Below are positions 35,463-46,405 of a stretch of DNA of 63,107 nucleotides, one piece after another; position 1 is the first letter of the stretch; every line of letters starts with the position of its first letter. Under the pieces are notes generated by a model that was given only the letters and a program-made list of their open reading frames with translations, ran no database searches and had not been told where the DNA came from. The position numbers and the translations under genes were made by a program. The DNA comes from a virus (Duplodnaviria; Caudoviricetes), in IMG/VR virus record IMGVR_UViG_3300030104_000829, positions 1 to 63,107 of that record; one strand, written 5' to 3'.

Positions 35463-38400
35463 ATGGAATTAGTAGAAAAAGTACAAGAACTACAAGCTAT
35501 TAAACCACCTTTAGATATCGATGAGATAAATAGAAGAATACAAGAGTGGAAAAAATCTACTGGTTATAAAGCACCAGAGGCGGTAGAAGTTAAAGAAGTA
35601 AAGACAAACGACTCCCAGACACAGGATCCGAGCTCGGAGTCAGAAGACAATACAGGATCCGAATCGGACGATGGATCTTCACAGCAACCACTTTTTAGTT
35701 TATCTTCAACATCAAGTTTGTCTAATAAAAAAGGTGGATTTGGAACAGGTGAGTTCGCTGGTTCATTAAATAAGTTTAGACAAGAAGAACAACAGAAAAA
35801 AATTAACCAATATACTTCTGTTGCTAAACCAAATGAAATTATAACTAAAAACGGTTATGATTTTAAGTATGATGAAAATGGTATATATTATTATAAACCT
35901 AAAGGATCTTCAGATGATAAATGGAAAACTTATAAAGATAAAAATGGTGCAGGTAATTTAGGTATAGCAGCTCAATTTGGTCATTCAGATTTTGACTCAA
36001 GTGCGTCATATTCCACAAGAAAGCAATTAAAAGAAGGTGAAGAAGTTTATAGTAGTATTGATGGTCAATTAATTATTACGGAGGGTAAACAATATACTTT
36101 GACTCCAGAAATGTTAGAATTAGAAAAAGAGTTTTTAGAAGCAACTTCTTTAACTGATAATGACAATATAGATATACAAAAAGATGTAGATAAATGGTTT
36201 TCAAAGAAAGTTATACCTCAATATAAAACAGAACCATATGTAGATCCATATTCAAAAACGGGTAATGTTAAGAAAAGAAAAGTTAAGACAGGTGAAATGA
36301 TACCTAATCCTGAGTGGGAGCAAGCTCAAATAAAATCAAAAGAAGCTTGGGATAAACTAGATCCCAAACCTACTGATATTTCAGAGCAGCAGTGGATTGA
36401 AAACAATATGAAAAAAACTTATACTGCTGAGTTAGTAGATAAGAAAGAAAAAGACAAACTAGAATCTTGGATAGAAGATCAAGATAGTAAATTTAACTGG
36501 AAAAGAGCGCTTCAGCTTTTTGGACCAGCAAGAGGTGCAGTTCTTGCCGGCGAAAGTGTTGTTGAAAAAGGCGACAAGCAAAAAGCAGTTAAATATATTC
36601 AAGATATAAGAAAACTTAATTTAGATAATAAAGAAAAAGATGCTAATAATTTTGCTAATTCGGCTAAAACTAGCATAGAAGCCTTAAATAATCAAATAAT
36701 TATCTTATCTAAAGCCAAATATCAAACTGAAGGGGAAGCAAAAAGAGGAAAGGCTTTAATAACTAAACTTACTGAAAAAAGAGATAAAATATTTGGACTT
36801 TATGAGTCTAAAATAGAGGACTTAAACACCATGATGCTTGAGCCTGAGTACAAAAACTTGAGCACAAGACTTGATTATTTAGAAAGAAATTTTAATCCTA
36901 TAGCTATTTTTGGTGAAAATGTTAAAATTGCCGCGGTTAACGCAGGAAAGTCTATACTTGATCTTGGACACATGGTTGTTAACGCACCAAATGCTTTTGG
37001 TATTACTGATAATCCTATAACATCAAAAGTTTTTAATGTTTTTTCACCTGGTGCTTCTTTAGCGGCTAAGTTTTTAAGATCAGACGCTTATACAGAAGCT
37101 AGGGGAAATTTAAATAATATAGTTGATGCTTATGTAGAGCAAACTTCTAATGGTATTGCTCATGCTCAAACTTTATCTGATTTAAAAGACGGTGATGATT
37201 GGGGTAGATATTTTTCAACGATGCTTGGAAGTCAGTCTATTAACACTGCTGTTATGTTTATGGGTGGTGGTGCTGCTTTACCTATATTAACAGGTCAAGC
37301 TGTTGGCTCTAGTTATCGCGAAATGGAAAAAGATAATGAAGAAAAAGCAGCTAAAGGTCAACCAGTTTTTTCTCCACTTCAAATGTATGGAGTAGCAATA
37401 GGTAATGGTATTTTAGAATTTGGTTCTGAAAGAATATCACTCGGTATAATAAATAGATCTAGAGCCGCTTTTAATTCTATGGGTCCTAGTGTAAGGCAGG
37501 GTTTTTCTCAACAAGTTGCTAGTTTATTAACAACAAAAGGAGCAACTAGAACAGCTAAAGGTATTGGATACTTTGGTTTGGACGCAACTAAAGAAGGTGC
37601 TTCAGAAGGTTTCGTTGAATTAGGTGGGAACATGTTTGACAGATATATATTAGGCAAAGATGTGAATCTTTTTGATGGTGTTCCAGACGCTACTTTTAGT
37701 GGAGCTTTTATGGCTAGTGGTGTTTATAAAGCACCAGCGTTATTTGCTAATGTATCTCAAATGGTTCAAGGGCCAGATAGTAATACTAAAATAGCTAACA
37801 ATAGGTCTAAAATATTAGAATTACAAAATACACTAATAGCTAATCCTAACATGTCAGATGCTAATAGAGCTAGATTAAACGATCAAATAGTAGATTTAAC
37901 CAGAAGCTCTAGTAATGAAATAAATAAAACACTAAACAGATTTAGTGAAATGGATAGATCTGAGATTGATGATTTATCTGATATAGAATTACAAGTAAAC
38001 AACAAAAGAAAGGCTATTGACGAAGTTAATTCTGATCCTAACTTTAATGATAAAGAACCTGAGATAAATAGAATTAAAAATGAAATACTAGAGCTTGAAA
38101 TACAAAAAAATAATATCTTAAAACCTTATATTGATGCTGATGCTAAACAAAGCAAAAAACCTAAATTAGATGGTTCAGGTAGTTTTACAGAATTTAATAT
38201 TCCACCAGTTGAATTAACTAATAGAATTCAAAAAGGTGCTGACGTTGTAGCTGATCAATTAGGTGATGTCGGTATTACTAGATTTGACACAACAGAAGAC
38301 ATTGTTGGAGCTTTTGAAACGTTAAAAGAACAAGGTATAAAGCTAGATGTAGCAACAAACGATGCTGGCGAGATACTAGATGCTAAAGACCAAGGGTATG

Positions 38401-41400
38401 GTATAATAGCTACTTTACCAGATGGAACTAAACAAATTGTTATAAACAATGCCTCAAGTGAAGCTGACGGTACTATACCCGCTGACAACCACGAGTTAAT
38501 ACACGCTTTTGCTAGTAAAGTAAATCCTGATCTTTTACTTAAAATGGGTATAGATTTAAAAAATAAACTAGATAACGATCCTTTTGTTAAAGTTGATGCT
38601 ACAACTAAATCTTTATTAAACGATTATGCAACTGACTTAAAAGATGGTAAAATAAGTGAAGCTACTTTTTATGAAGAAGTTATGGCTGTTACGAGTGACG
38701 CTTTAACTACTGGTGGTATTCAAATAACTGACCCAACTAAATTTGCTCAAACATGGAATTTTTTAGAAACTATAGGCTGGAATCAAAGTTTTAAAGACGG
38801 AGATCAAGTTATAGACTTTTTAAAAGGATTTAATAAAGATTTATTAAGTGGCGAAGGTTTATCGCAGCAAACATTAGATGCGGCACAAGTTGAATTAGAT
38901 ACTGAAAACCTTGATGAAGTTGACTTAGGCACTGTTAAAAAATCTAATAAAAAGCAGGAAAAAGTAGATAATGCAGCTGGACCTAAAGACGATGCTGGTA
39001 ATTACACAGTTACTAAAGCTGAATGGGATGCGGGTAAAGCTGATCAAGCAATAGGTGATTTATTTGGTAATAATACTCTTCAAGGTTTAATTGAAAGTAA
39101 AATACCTTCACCAAGTCAACAGCCTCCTGGTTTTAGTAAAGATGATTTTGTACAAGCAACCGTCACAGAGTTAATACCTCATATTAGAAACTTTAATCCA
39201 GAAGTAAACAATAGTTTATCTGGCTGGATAAATTCTCAATTATCTAATAAAATTGGTAATGTATTTAAAAAAGGAGAAGCAGGTACTAAAGATGTTTTTG
39301 AAGCAGATGTGACCGAAGCAAAAGGCGTTGTAGCTGAAACAGAAACAGAAGTAGAAACACAAGCACCTAGAAGAAAAAGAAGTCCAAAAGGAGATGCTAT
39401 TTATAGCTCTGTATTAACAGAAAACCTAGGCACAGATGTTGCTCCTGCTATTGAAACAGCAATACAGACTGATCTTAAAACGACACCTGTAGCTAATATG
39501 GCAGGTACTAGAAATATAGGTCCGGCTTTAGGTAGAACACTGGGAAAAGCTTTTGGTATTAATCCTAAAGTTTTTACAGACAAAAGACAAAACATACAGA
39601 AAAAAGATTTAAAAGGTTTAGTAAACTTAAAACAATATCTTAACAATAATGCTCAGCAAGATTTTAAAAACTTACCTGATGCTTATGATTCTAGTGGTAA
39701 ATCTACTTTTATACCTAACAACATATTAAATGCTTTATATGTTAAAGATGGAAAAGGTAAATGGAAATTAGATCCTAGCAAAACAGTTGCTGACTATAAA
39801 AACTTATTAGGTGATATAACTAGTGATAAACCTATATATAGAGCAGCAGAAGCTCAAACCATAAAAGGTTTAGCTGGATTATCTTTTAGAAATAAAATGT
39901 TTGAAACTGCTTTTCCCAAAGCAGAATTAAGAGTTGGTACTGGTGTTAAGTTTAGTAAAAAAGCAGATAAAAATAAAACAATAAAAAAACAACAAGAAGA
40001 TATTGTAGAAAGCTTTGGCGCTAAAGTAATAAAAAAAGGTAAAGAAGGAGTTAACAGGGTTTCAGAGTTTATAACTAGTGGTATGGTAGATGGTTTTGGA
40101 GATGCTACTTCATTGCTTTTAACACCATCAACGTGGGCTGGAGCAGGTAATAATATAGCTTCAGCTTTAAAAAGAGGTTTTTTAGCTATTAACGACGCTT
40201 CAAGAGCTTCAAAAAATAAAAAAGACTCTATAGATGGAGTTAAAAATGGTGATATACTTGAATTAAAAACTGTAAAAGGAGAAGTAAACCAAAAAACTAA
40301 TGTTAAAAACCTAGATAAAGATACACAAAGAGATATTAAAAATGCCATAGGTAGTCAAAAAGGTGCTGCTAAAGCTGAAAAGAACCAAGGACAACAAAAC
40401 TCTATTTTAAAAGGTAAAAACTTTATTCTTGATGGTATTAGAAAAATAGTTTTAAATAATAAATTTGATATAGCTGGTTTACAATTTATGCTAGGTAATC
40501 AAAATGCTAATGCTGGTTTAGCTAGAAACATGGCTACAATTAACAATGACGGTAGAACAAACAAAAAAGGTAAAGCATACGAAGAACATTGGTTTCCAAT
40601 GAGTGCTTGGGTAACAAACACATTAAAAGCTTCTGGTCTTAGTGACGCGGTGTGGAAGGGTTGGAAAGATTTGTCAAACGAAATTTACTATCAAGAAATA
40701 GTTAACAAAGATCTTCAAGAAAATCACTTAGATAAAACTTATGATGTAAAAATGCCAGATGGTTCTGTTGTAAAATGGAACTCAAAGAGTGGTTTGCATC
40801 CTTTACTAGACAATGCTATAAATTTAGGTTTAGAAACAGGTGATTTTAGTGATGCTAAGAGATTAGCTGATATAAGAAAATATCCTGGAAAAGATGTACA
40901 TACTGCTGTTAATCCATTTACACATGGTAGAAACGGCGTTAGTGATGCTGTTAGATATGATATTATAGTAAGTAAAGATTTACAATCAAATCCTAACATA
41001 CAGCATGCTACTAGCTCTTTAATAAATGAAATTATAATTGGAAAAATAACTTCTAAGCAAGCTCAAGAAAGAATAGACGCCTACGAAACAACAGCTAAAG
41101 ACGAAGTTAAGTCAAGTAAAAAAAATAATAAAACTTTTGGAGACAAAGTAAATCCTGATTCTACTATAGAAGATCAAATAAAAGATCTAGGTAATTATGA
41201 TAAAGCTGCAGACCTAGGTAGAGCATTAGATACTCCAACAAAAGGTATTAGTGTTTTTGATTTTGATGACACGTTAGCTAAAACAAAAGAAAAAGTAATA
41301 GTAAACAAAAGAGATGGTTCTACCGTAGAAATATCTGCATCTGAGTTTGCTCAACAAGCAGCTAATTTAGAAGCTGATGGAGCTGCATTTGATTTTACTA

Positions 41401-43922
41401 ATTTTGAAAAAGTTGCTGATGGTACATCAAAAGGACCATTAGCTGATCTTGCTTTAAAACGTCAAGATAAGTTTGGTAGTAAAGATATTTTTGTATTAAC
41501 AGCTAGACCTCAGGTTTCTGCTTCAGCAATTAAAACATTTTTAGATGGTATTGGTTTAAATTTACCTTTAGGAAATATAACAGGATTAGCAGACGGAACA
41601 CCAGGTGCAAAAGGTAGATGGGTTGCAAGTAAAGCAGCGGAAGGTTATAATGATTTTTATTTTGCTGATGATGCTGTAAAAAATGTTAAAGCAGTAAAAG
41701 AAGTATTAGATCAAATAGATGTTAAGTCTGACGTACAAATAGCTAAACAAAGTAAAAAGAAAAACTTTGATAAAATATTTAACGATATACTAGAAAGCTC
41801 TACCGGTATTGAGTCATTTAAAGAATATTCAAAAGCAAAAGCTCAAACTGTAGGTAAGAAAAAAGGTAAATTTAGTTTCTTTACTACACCTTCAGCTGAA
41901 GACTTTTTAGGTTTATTATATAAAACACTAGGTAAAGGAAAAGTTGGTGAAGCTCAAATAGATTTTTATAAGAAAAATTTATTAGACACTTACGATAGAG
42001 CTGAATTAGCTACAACAAGAGCTAAAATTCAAGCTGCTGCAGACTTTAAAAAGTTAAAAGGTAATTTAAAAACATTACCTAAAAGCTTAAGTAAAGAAAT
42101 GGGTTACGGTGGATTTACGCATTCACAAGCTGCAAGAGTTGCTGTATGGACTAGACAAGGTATGACTATACCTGGTCTTTCTAAAACTGATTTAAAAGCA
42201 TTAAATGATTTTGTAGATAAAAATGCTGAAATGAATACTCTTGTTGATGAATTAATGAAAATACAAAAAGGCAAAGAGTATCCAGCTCCAAGCGATAGTT
42301 GGTTGGCTGGAACTATTACCACAGATGTATTAAATGGTATAACAAAAGTAAACAGAAAAGAATATTTACAAGAGTGGCAAGAAAATGTAGACATTATATT
42401 TTCTGACAAAAACATGAACAAGTTGGAAGCCGCATACGGTCCTAAGTATGTAGAAGCTTTACGTGATCAATTACGTAGAATGAAGTCAGGATCTAATAGA
42501 CCTATCGGTGGTTCTAGGGTTGTTAACAACCTTTTAGATTGGCTTAATAACTCTGTAGGTGCTATTATGTTCTTAAACACTAGATCAGCCGTCTTACAAA
42601 CTCTTTCAGCAGTTAACTTTATAGGTGTTGGAAACAATAGTTTAATAAATTCTGCTAAAGCTTTTGCTAATCAAAAACAATATTGGAAAGATTTTAAGAC
42701 ATTAATGAACTCTCCTTACTTAGTTGAAAGACGTAATGGCTTAAAAATAAATGTAAGTGAATCTGAAATAGCCGATGCAGTTGCTGAAAGTTCTGATAAA
42801 CCTAAAGCTGCTTTAAATTATTTATTGAATAAAGGATTTGTATTAACTAGGTTTGCTGACAGTTTTGCTATTGCAACAGGTGGCGCTGGTTTCTATAGAA
42901 ATCAATTAGACATGTATATTAAGCAAGGTATGCCACAAGATCTTGCACAAAAACAAGCTTTTGAAGATTTTTATGCTATTGCAGAGAAAAATCAGCAATC
43001 AAGTAATCCAAGCAAAATATCACAACAACAAGCAAGCGGTGCTGGTCGTGTAATACTAGCTTTTGCTAATACACCAATGCAGTATGCTCGTATTATAAAA
43101 AGATCTACACAAGATCTAATAAGTGGTAGAGGAGATTGGAAGAAAAACGTAGGCACGATAGCTTTTTATGGTGTAGCACAAAACTTAATATTTAACGCCA
43201 TGCAAAACGCTTTATTTGCTGACGCTTTTGGTGAAGAAGAAGAAGAAGAAAAAGACAACAACAAAACAGGTAGAATAGCTAACGGTATGGCTGATTCTTT
43301 GTTAGATGGTTTAGGTATACAAGGTAAAGCTGCTTTAGCACTTAAAAACTCTTTAATAACTTTAGCTAAAGAAAATGATAAAAAATCACCTAAGTTTGTA
43401 AAAGCTGTTTATGACTTATTTGATTTTTCACCACCATTAGATTCTAAGTTTAGAAAATTAAGAGTTGCTGCTAATACTTTTACATGGGATAGACAGTTAA
43501 TGAAAGAAAAAGGATTTAGCTTAGATAACCCTGCTTATTTAGCTGGCGCACAGGTTATATCAGGTTTAACAAACCTACCTCTTGATAGAGCTATTCAAAA
43601 AATGAATAACATTAGAGGTATAATGAGTGAGCAATCTCAGAACTGGCAAAAAGTTGCTTTAGCTTTAGGTTGGTCAACTTGGGATGTTGGATTAGGATAT
43701 TATGGTGGGTTTGATCCTGTAAAACCTCTTACGCCAGAACAACAATATGATTTAGATGTTTCTAACATGAAAAAAGAAACTACATCTAAACAACAAAAAC
43801 AAATGTTGCTAGACTTAGGTTTAACAAGACAAGAGCTTAAAAAGTTAAGATACGAAGAAGATAGAGTTAAAAAAATAATTGAACTACAAAAAAAGAAAAA
43901 AAATGCCAGATCCAAAGAATAA
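35463..43922 (+). CDS. giant polyvalent cargo protein (HExxH peptidase, sigma-2-like, HAD domains)
   Basis: 2819 aa; NHELIH; FNPEVNNSLSGWIN; VFDFDDTL/LTARP/FADD. Confidence 0.75.
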   Translation: MELVEKVQELQAIKPPLDIDEINRRIQEWKKSTGYKAPEAVEVKEVKTNDSQTQDPSSESEDNTGSESDDGSSQQPLFSLSSTSSLSNKKGGFGTGEFAGSLNKFRQEEQQKKINQYTSVAKPNEIITKNGYDFKYDENGIYYYKPKGSSDDKWKTYKDKNGAGNLGIAAQFGHSDFDSSASYSTRKQLKEGEEVYSSIDGQLIITEGKQYTLTPEMLELEKEFLEATSLTDNDNIDIQKDVDKWFSKKVIPQYKTEPYVDPYSKTGNVKKRKVKTGEMIPNPEWEQAQIKSKEAWDKLDPKPTDISEQQWIENNMKKTYTAELVDKKEKDKLESWIEDQDSKFNWKRALQLFGPARGAVLAGESVVEKGDKQKAVKYIQDIRKLNLDNKEKDANNFANSAKTSIEALNNQIIILSKAKYQTEGEAKRGKALITKLTEKRDKIFGLYESKIEDLNTMMLEPEYKNLSTRLDYLERNFNPIAIFGENVKIAAVNAGKSILDLGHMVVNAPNAFGITDNPITSKVFNVFSPGASLAAKFLRSDAYTEARGNLNNIVDAYVEQTSNGIAHAQTLSDLKDGDDWGRYFSTMLGSQSINTAVMFMGGGAALPILTGQAVGSSYREMEKDNEEKAAKGQPVFSPLQMYGVAIGNGILEFGSERISLGIINRSRAAFNSMGPSVRQGFSQQVASLLTTKGATRTAKGIGYFGLDATKEGASEGFVELGGNMFDRYILGKDVNLFDGVPDATFSGAFMASGVYKAPALFANVSQMVQGPDSNTKIANNRSKILELQNTLIANPNMSDANRARLNDQIVDLTRSSSNEINKTLNRFSEMDRSEIDDLSDIELQVNNKRKAIDEVNSDPNFNDKEPEINRIKNEILELEIQKNNILKPYIDADAKQSKKPKLDGSGSFTEFNIPPVELTNRIQKGADVVADQLGDVGITRFDTTEDIVGAFETLKEQGIKLDVATNDAGEILDAKDQGYGIIATLPDGTKQIVINNASSEADGTIPADNHELIHAFASKVNPDLLLKMGIDLKNKLDNDPFVKVDATTKSLLNDYATDLKDGKISEATFYEEVMAVTSDALTTGGIQITDPTKFAQTWNFLETIGWNQSFKDGDQVIDFLKGFNKDLLSGEGLSQQTLDAAQVELDTENLDEVDLGTVKKSNKKQEKVDNAAGPKDDAGNYTVTKAEWDAGKADQAIGDLFGNNTLQGLIESKIPSPSQQPPGFSKDDFVQATVTELIPHIRNFNPEVNNSLSGWINSQLSNKIGNVFKKGEAGTKDVFEADVTEAKGVVAETETEVETQAPRRKRSPKGDAIYSSVLTENLGTDVAPAIETAIQTDLKTTPVANMAGTRNIGPALGRTLGKAFGINPKVFTDKRQNIQKKDLKGLVNLKQYLNNNAQQDFKNLPDAYDSSGKSTFIPNNILNALYVKDGKGKWKLDPSKTVADYKNLLGDITSDKPIYRAAEAQTIKGLAGLSFRNKMFETAFPKAELRVGTGVKFSKKADKNKTIKKQQEDIVESFGAKVIKKGKEGVNRVSEFITSGMVDGFGDATSLLLTPSTWAGAGNNIASALKRGFLAINDASRASKNKKDSIDGVKNGDILELKTVKGEVNQKTNVKNLDKDTQRDIKNAIGSQKGAAKAEKNQGQQNSILKGKNFILDGIRKIVLNNKFDIAGLQFMLGNQNANAGLARNMATINNDGRTNKKGKAYEEHWFPMSAWVTNTLKASGLSDAVWKGWKDLSNEIYYQEIVNKDLQENHLDKTYDVKMPDGSVVKWNSKSGLHPLLDNAINLGLETGDFSDAKRLADIRKYPGKDVHTAVNPFTHGRNGVSDAVRYDIIVSKDLQSNPNIQHATSSLINEIIIGKITSKQAQERIDAYETTAKDEVKSSKKNNKTFGDKVNPDSTIEDQIKDLGNYDKAADLGRALDTPTKGISVFDFDDTLAKTKEKVIVNKRDGSTVEISASEFAQQAANLEADGAAFDFTNFEKVADGTSKGPLADLALKRQDKFGSKDIFVLTARPQVSASAIKTFLDGIGLNLPLGNITGLADGTPGAKGRWVASKAAEGYNDFYFADDAVKNVKAVKEVLDQIDVKSDVQIAKQSKKKNFDKIFNDILESSTGIESFKEYSKAKAQTVGKKKGKFSFFTTPSAEDFLGLLYKTLGKGKVGEAQIDFYKKNLLDTYDRAELATTRAKIQAAADFKKLKGNLKTLPKSLSKEMGYGGFTHSQAARVAVWTRQGMTIPGLSKTDLKALNDFVDKNAEMNTLVDELMKIQKGKEYPAPSDSWLAGTITTDVLNGITKVNRKEYLQEWQENVDIIFSDKNMNKLEAAYGPKYVEALRDQLRRMKSGSNRPIGGSRVVNNLLDWLNNSVGAIMFLNTRSAVLQTLSAVNFIGVGNNSLINSAKAFANQKQYWKDFKTLMNSPYLVERRNGLKINVSESEIADAVAESSDKPKAALNYLLNKGFVLTRFADSFAIATGGAGFYRNQLDMYIKQGMPQDLAQKQAFEDFYAIAEKNQQSSNPSKISQQQASGAGRVILAFANTPMQYARIIKRSTQDLISGRGDWKKNVGTIAFYGVAQNLIFNAMQNALFADAFGEEEEEEKDNNKTGRIANGMADSLLDGLGIQGKAALALKNSLITLAKENDKKSPKFVKAVYDLFDFSPPLDSKFRKLRVAANTFTWDRQLMKEKGFSLDNPAYLAGAQVISGLTNLPLDRAIQKMNNIRGIMSEQSQNWQKVALALGWSTWDVGLGYYGGFDPVKPLTPEQQYDLDVSNMKKETTSKQQKQMLLDLGLTRQELKKLRYEEDRVKKIIELQKKKKNARSKE

Positions 43923-44289
43923 AAAACACAGAGATACCATAAGAATTAATAATCCTAGTAAAATTTACAAGCCAAACGACCACGTTACAGAAGATGATTT
44001 TGAAAAGCAATTTGCTCAAATAAAAGGAGATTCATCTACTTTTCCGCAATCATCTGTTGAAGATTACTCTAATATAAAAGTAGACGACATAGGACCTTAT
44101 GTTGTTAGAAATTCTTCTAATAAAATGAAAACAGAAGGCTCGGCTTTATACGCGAAAATAAGTGCTAGCTGTAAAGCAGCTGCAAAAAGAAAATTTAAAG
44201 TTTGGCCTAGTGCTTATGCTTCAGGTTGGGGTGTAAGATGTACTAAAGCTGGTGGACCAAGTAAGTTTGGCGGAGGTAAAAAGAAATAA
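43903..44289 (+). CDS. hypothetical protein with basic C-terminal domain
   Basis: AKRKFKVWPSAYASGW. Confidence 0.65.
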   Translation: MPDPKNKKHRDTIRINNPSKIYKPNDHVTEDDFEKQFAQIKGDSSTFPQSSVEDYSNIKVDDIGPYVVRNSSNKMKTEGSALYAKISASCKAAAKRKFKVWPSAYASGWGVRCTKAGGPSKFGGGKKK

Positions 44290-44531
44290 TGGCAAAAGAA
44301 AAAAGACCTGAGTGGAAAGACTCTGATGCACCAGACGCTAAAGGTAAGTTTAGAGATCTTAGTTGTGAAGCTTTGGCTAACTGGCTTATTAAAAGTAGAA
44401 AAGGTAATAAAAAGAAAATTGTTGGTAGTTTAAACCAACAGATAGTGTTTAACCGCAAGCGTAATCCTAGCTATGCTAAAAAAATGAAGTGTGCTAGAAA
44501 TAAAGCAATGCGTAAATTAGATAAATCATGA
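44289..44531 (+). CDS. small basic protein
   Basis: 80-aa coupled ORF. Confidence 0.6.
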   Translation: MAKEKRPEWKDSDAPDAKGKFRDLSCEALANWLIKSRKGNKKKIVGSLNQQIVFNRKRNPSYAKKMKCARNKAMRKLDKS

Positions 44532-44932
44532 GTTATAAACAAGGAACACCAATGTTACATTGCGCTGCTACAGTAATGCACTCAAAACCCTGGAATAAAA
44601 TGCGTAATAGAACCGCTGCTGTTGCTGGGAGAGGTGATGGTAATAAAGTAGGATTAAAGCATGCTGAAGAAGAAAGATCTCCACTTAATAAACAAAAAGG
44701 TGGTGGAACTACTAAAACTTGTTTGCCCGCTGCTAAAATACGCGGCATGAGTAAAGAAGAAAGACAGAAGCTAGTTAACTCTAAAAGAGCTGCTGGTGCA
44801 CAAGGTAAATATAAACGATCATCTTCAACAAACGTAAAAGGAGCTCGTAAAAAAGGAGCTACATTACGTGACTGGTTTGAAAATGAAGACTGGAGAAGGG
44901 TTGATGATCCATCTAAAAAATGTGGAGAATAA
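44528..44932 (+). CDS. basic protein
   Basis: CLPAAKIRGMSKEER, LRDWFENEDW. Confidence 0.6.
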   Translation: MSYKQGTPMLHCAATVMHSKPWNKMRNRTAAVAGRGDGNKVGLKHAEEERSPLNKQKGGGTTKTCLPAAKIRGMSKEERQKLVNSKRAAGAQGKYKRSSSTNVKGARKKGATLRDWFENEDWRRVDDPSKKCGE

Positions 44933-44933
44933 T

Positions 44934-46115
44934 ATGAAAAAAATACTATGTATATTGTTGTTGTTAATTACTTTTAATAGTAACGCACAAATATTTAAAA
45001 AGTTTTATAATAATGTATTAAAGTATTCTAGTGTATACGCGGCTGGTAATACTTCAAATTCATTTGAAACACCTCGTAAAGATTATTTTGTAAGACCTCC
45101 AGCTGATGGTAATTTGTATGATATACCACAAGTAATTGATGTTACTGAATATTTTCCAAATGATTATAGAATAGGTTTTGGTGTACGTAAATTAGCTAGA
45201 TTTGGATATGAAAATAAACCTAATTTTTATAATGGTACAGAAAACAATATAGCCTTGTCTGCACCTACTGCAGCTGTACAAGGCTTAGAATATTTATTTC
45301 ATTATGAAAAAGAAAGACAACGTGGTGATGAGTTTGAAAACTCTAGATATTTTATAAGACATACAGGTAAATACCACATAATAAAAGCAGAACAAAGACA
45401 AGCTGGTAACGTGGGTTTTAAATATCAATCTGCAGAAGCTAGACTGCGTTTGCCTATAGGTAATAAGTTTAGCATATCAGCCGGGGCTATATATAGAACA
45501 CACGAGCAAGCTTTTGGTTATAATCCTATAGAAATATGGCTAAATGAAACTCAAACTATTAACGGTCAAGAATACCCTGCTAATTACTGGTATGAACTAG
45601 GTTTTTTATATGGATATGATGATATATATTATACTGAAGAAGACGAGTTTGGTAACGAAAGATCTGACTGGTATTGGATTGATCCTGCCGGTAATAGAGT
45701 TGCTGATAGTGATTTAGAGTTTAGAAACACTGTATTTGGTGATTTAATGCTAAGATATAATAATGAGCAGTGGGATTTATTAGATCCTTTTGGTGAGGTT
45801 GCGCCTATAGTTGGTTTTGATTTTTATCACTATCAAAATAATTTTTGGCTACATGCTTATGGCAATTTAATACTACCTTATCACAAATATGTGAAAGGTG
45901 ATGTTGACTTTAGCTATTTAAACAGAAACAACTGGGGTAAAGGCGGTTTAATAGAAAACTCAGAATTAGAACAATGGCAAGACATACAAGGTGGTGTAAT
46001 GTTTGGTTGGAAAATATGGAAAACATTAGGATTGTTTGCAGAAGCTGAATATGTAAAGTTCTGGGATAGAGAAATATTTAATACAAGCTTCGGCATAAAT
46101 ATAACACTTAGGTAA
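44934..46115 (+). CDS. putative secreted outer-membrane beta-barrel-like protein
   Basis: signal peptide MKKILCILLLLITFNSNA|Q; aromatic alternating strands; terminal NTSFGINITLR. Confidence 0.6.
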   Translation: MKKILCILLLLITFNSNAQIFKKFYNNVLKYSSVYAAGNTSNSFETPRKDYFVRPPADGNLYDIPQVIDVTEYFPNDYRIGFGVRKLARFGYENKPNFYNGTENNIALSAPTAAVQGLEYLFHYEKERQRGDEFENSRYFIRHTGKYHIIKAEQRQAGNVGFKYQSAEARLRLPIGNKFSISAGAIYRTHEQAFGYNPIEIWLNETQTINGQEYPANYWYELGFLYGYDDIYYTEEDEFGNERSDWYWIDPAGNRVADSDLEFRNTVFGDLMLRYNNEQWDLLDPFGEVAPIVGFDFYHYQNNFWLHAYGNLILPYHKYVKGDVDFSYLNRNNWGKGGLIENSELEQWQDIQGGVMFGWKIWKTLGLFAEAEYVKFWDREIFNTSFGINITLR

Positions 46116-46405
46116 TGGCTAAAACACCACAAATAGGAGAAAACACTAAAATAACATTAGACTTTAAGACAATAGGTATGATAGTTGGTTTTGTTATAAC
46201 TTTATCAGGTATGTGGTACACATTACAAGCTGATATAGCTGAAGCAATGAAGAAACCTGAACCTGTTATAGATCGCGTTGAGTACGACTTGAAAGACGAG
46301 CTTATACGCCAAACAATAATGGATACACAAGAAGATGTTGAAGAAATAAAAGAAACAATTGATAAAATAGATCAACGTTTATACGAAATACAAAGAGGAA
46401 GATGA
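46115..46405 (+). CDS. TM-anchored coiled-coil protein (i-spanin-like)
   Basis: one N-terminal TM then heptads. Confidence 0.5.
   Translation: MAKTPQIGENTKITLDFKTIGMIVGFVITLSGMWYTLQADIAEAMKKPEPVIDRVEYDLKDELIRQTIMDTQEDVEEIKETIDKIDQRLYEIQRGR

Noticed and set aside
35463-43922. crAss-like virion RNA polymerase
   Set aside because: The DFDD motif sits in a HAD context; no RNAP catalytic signature recognised
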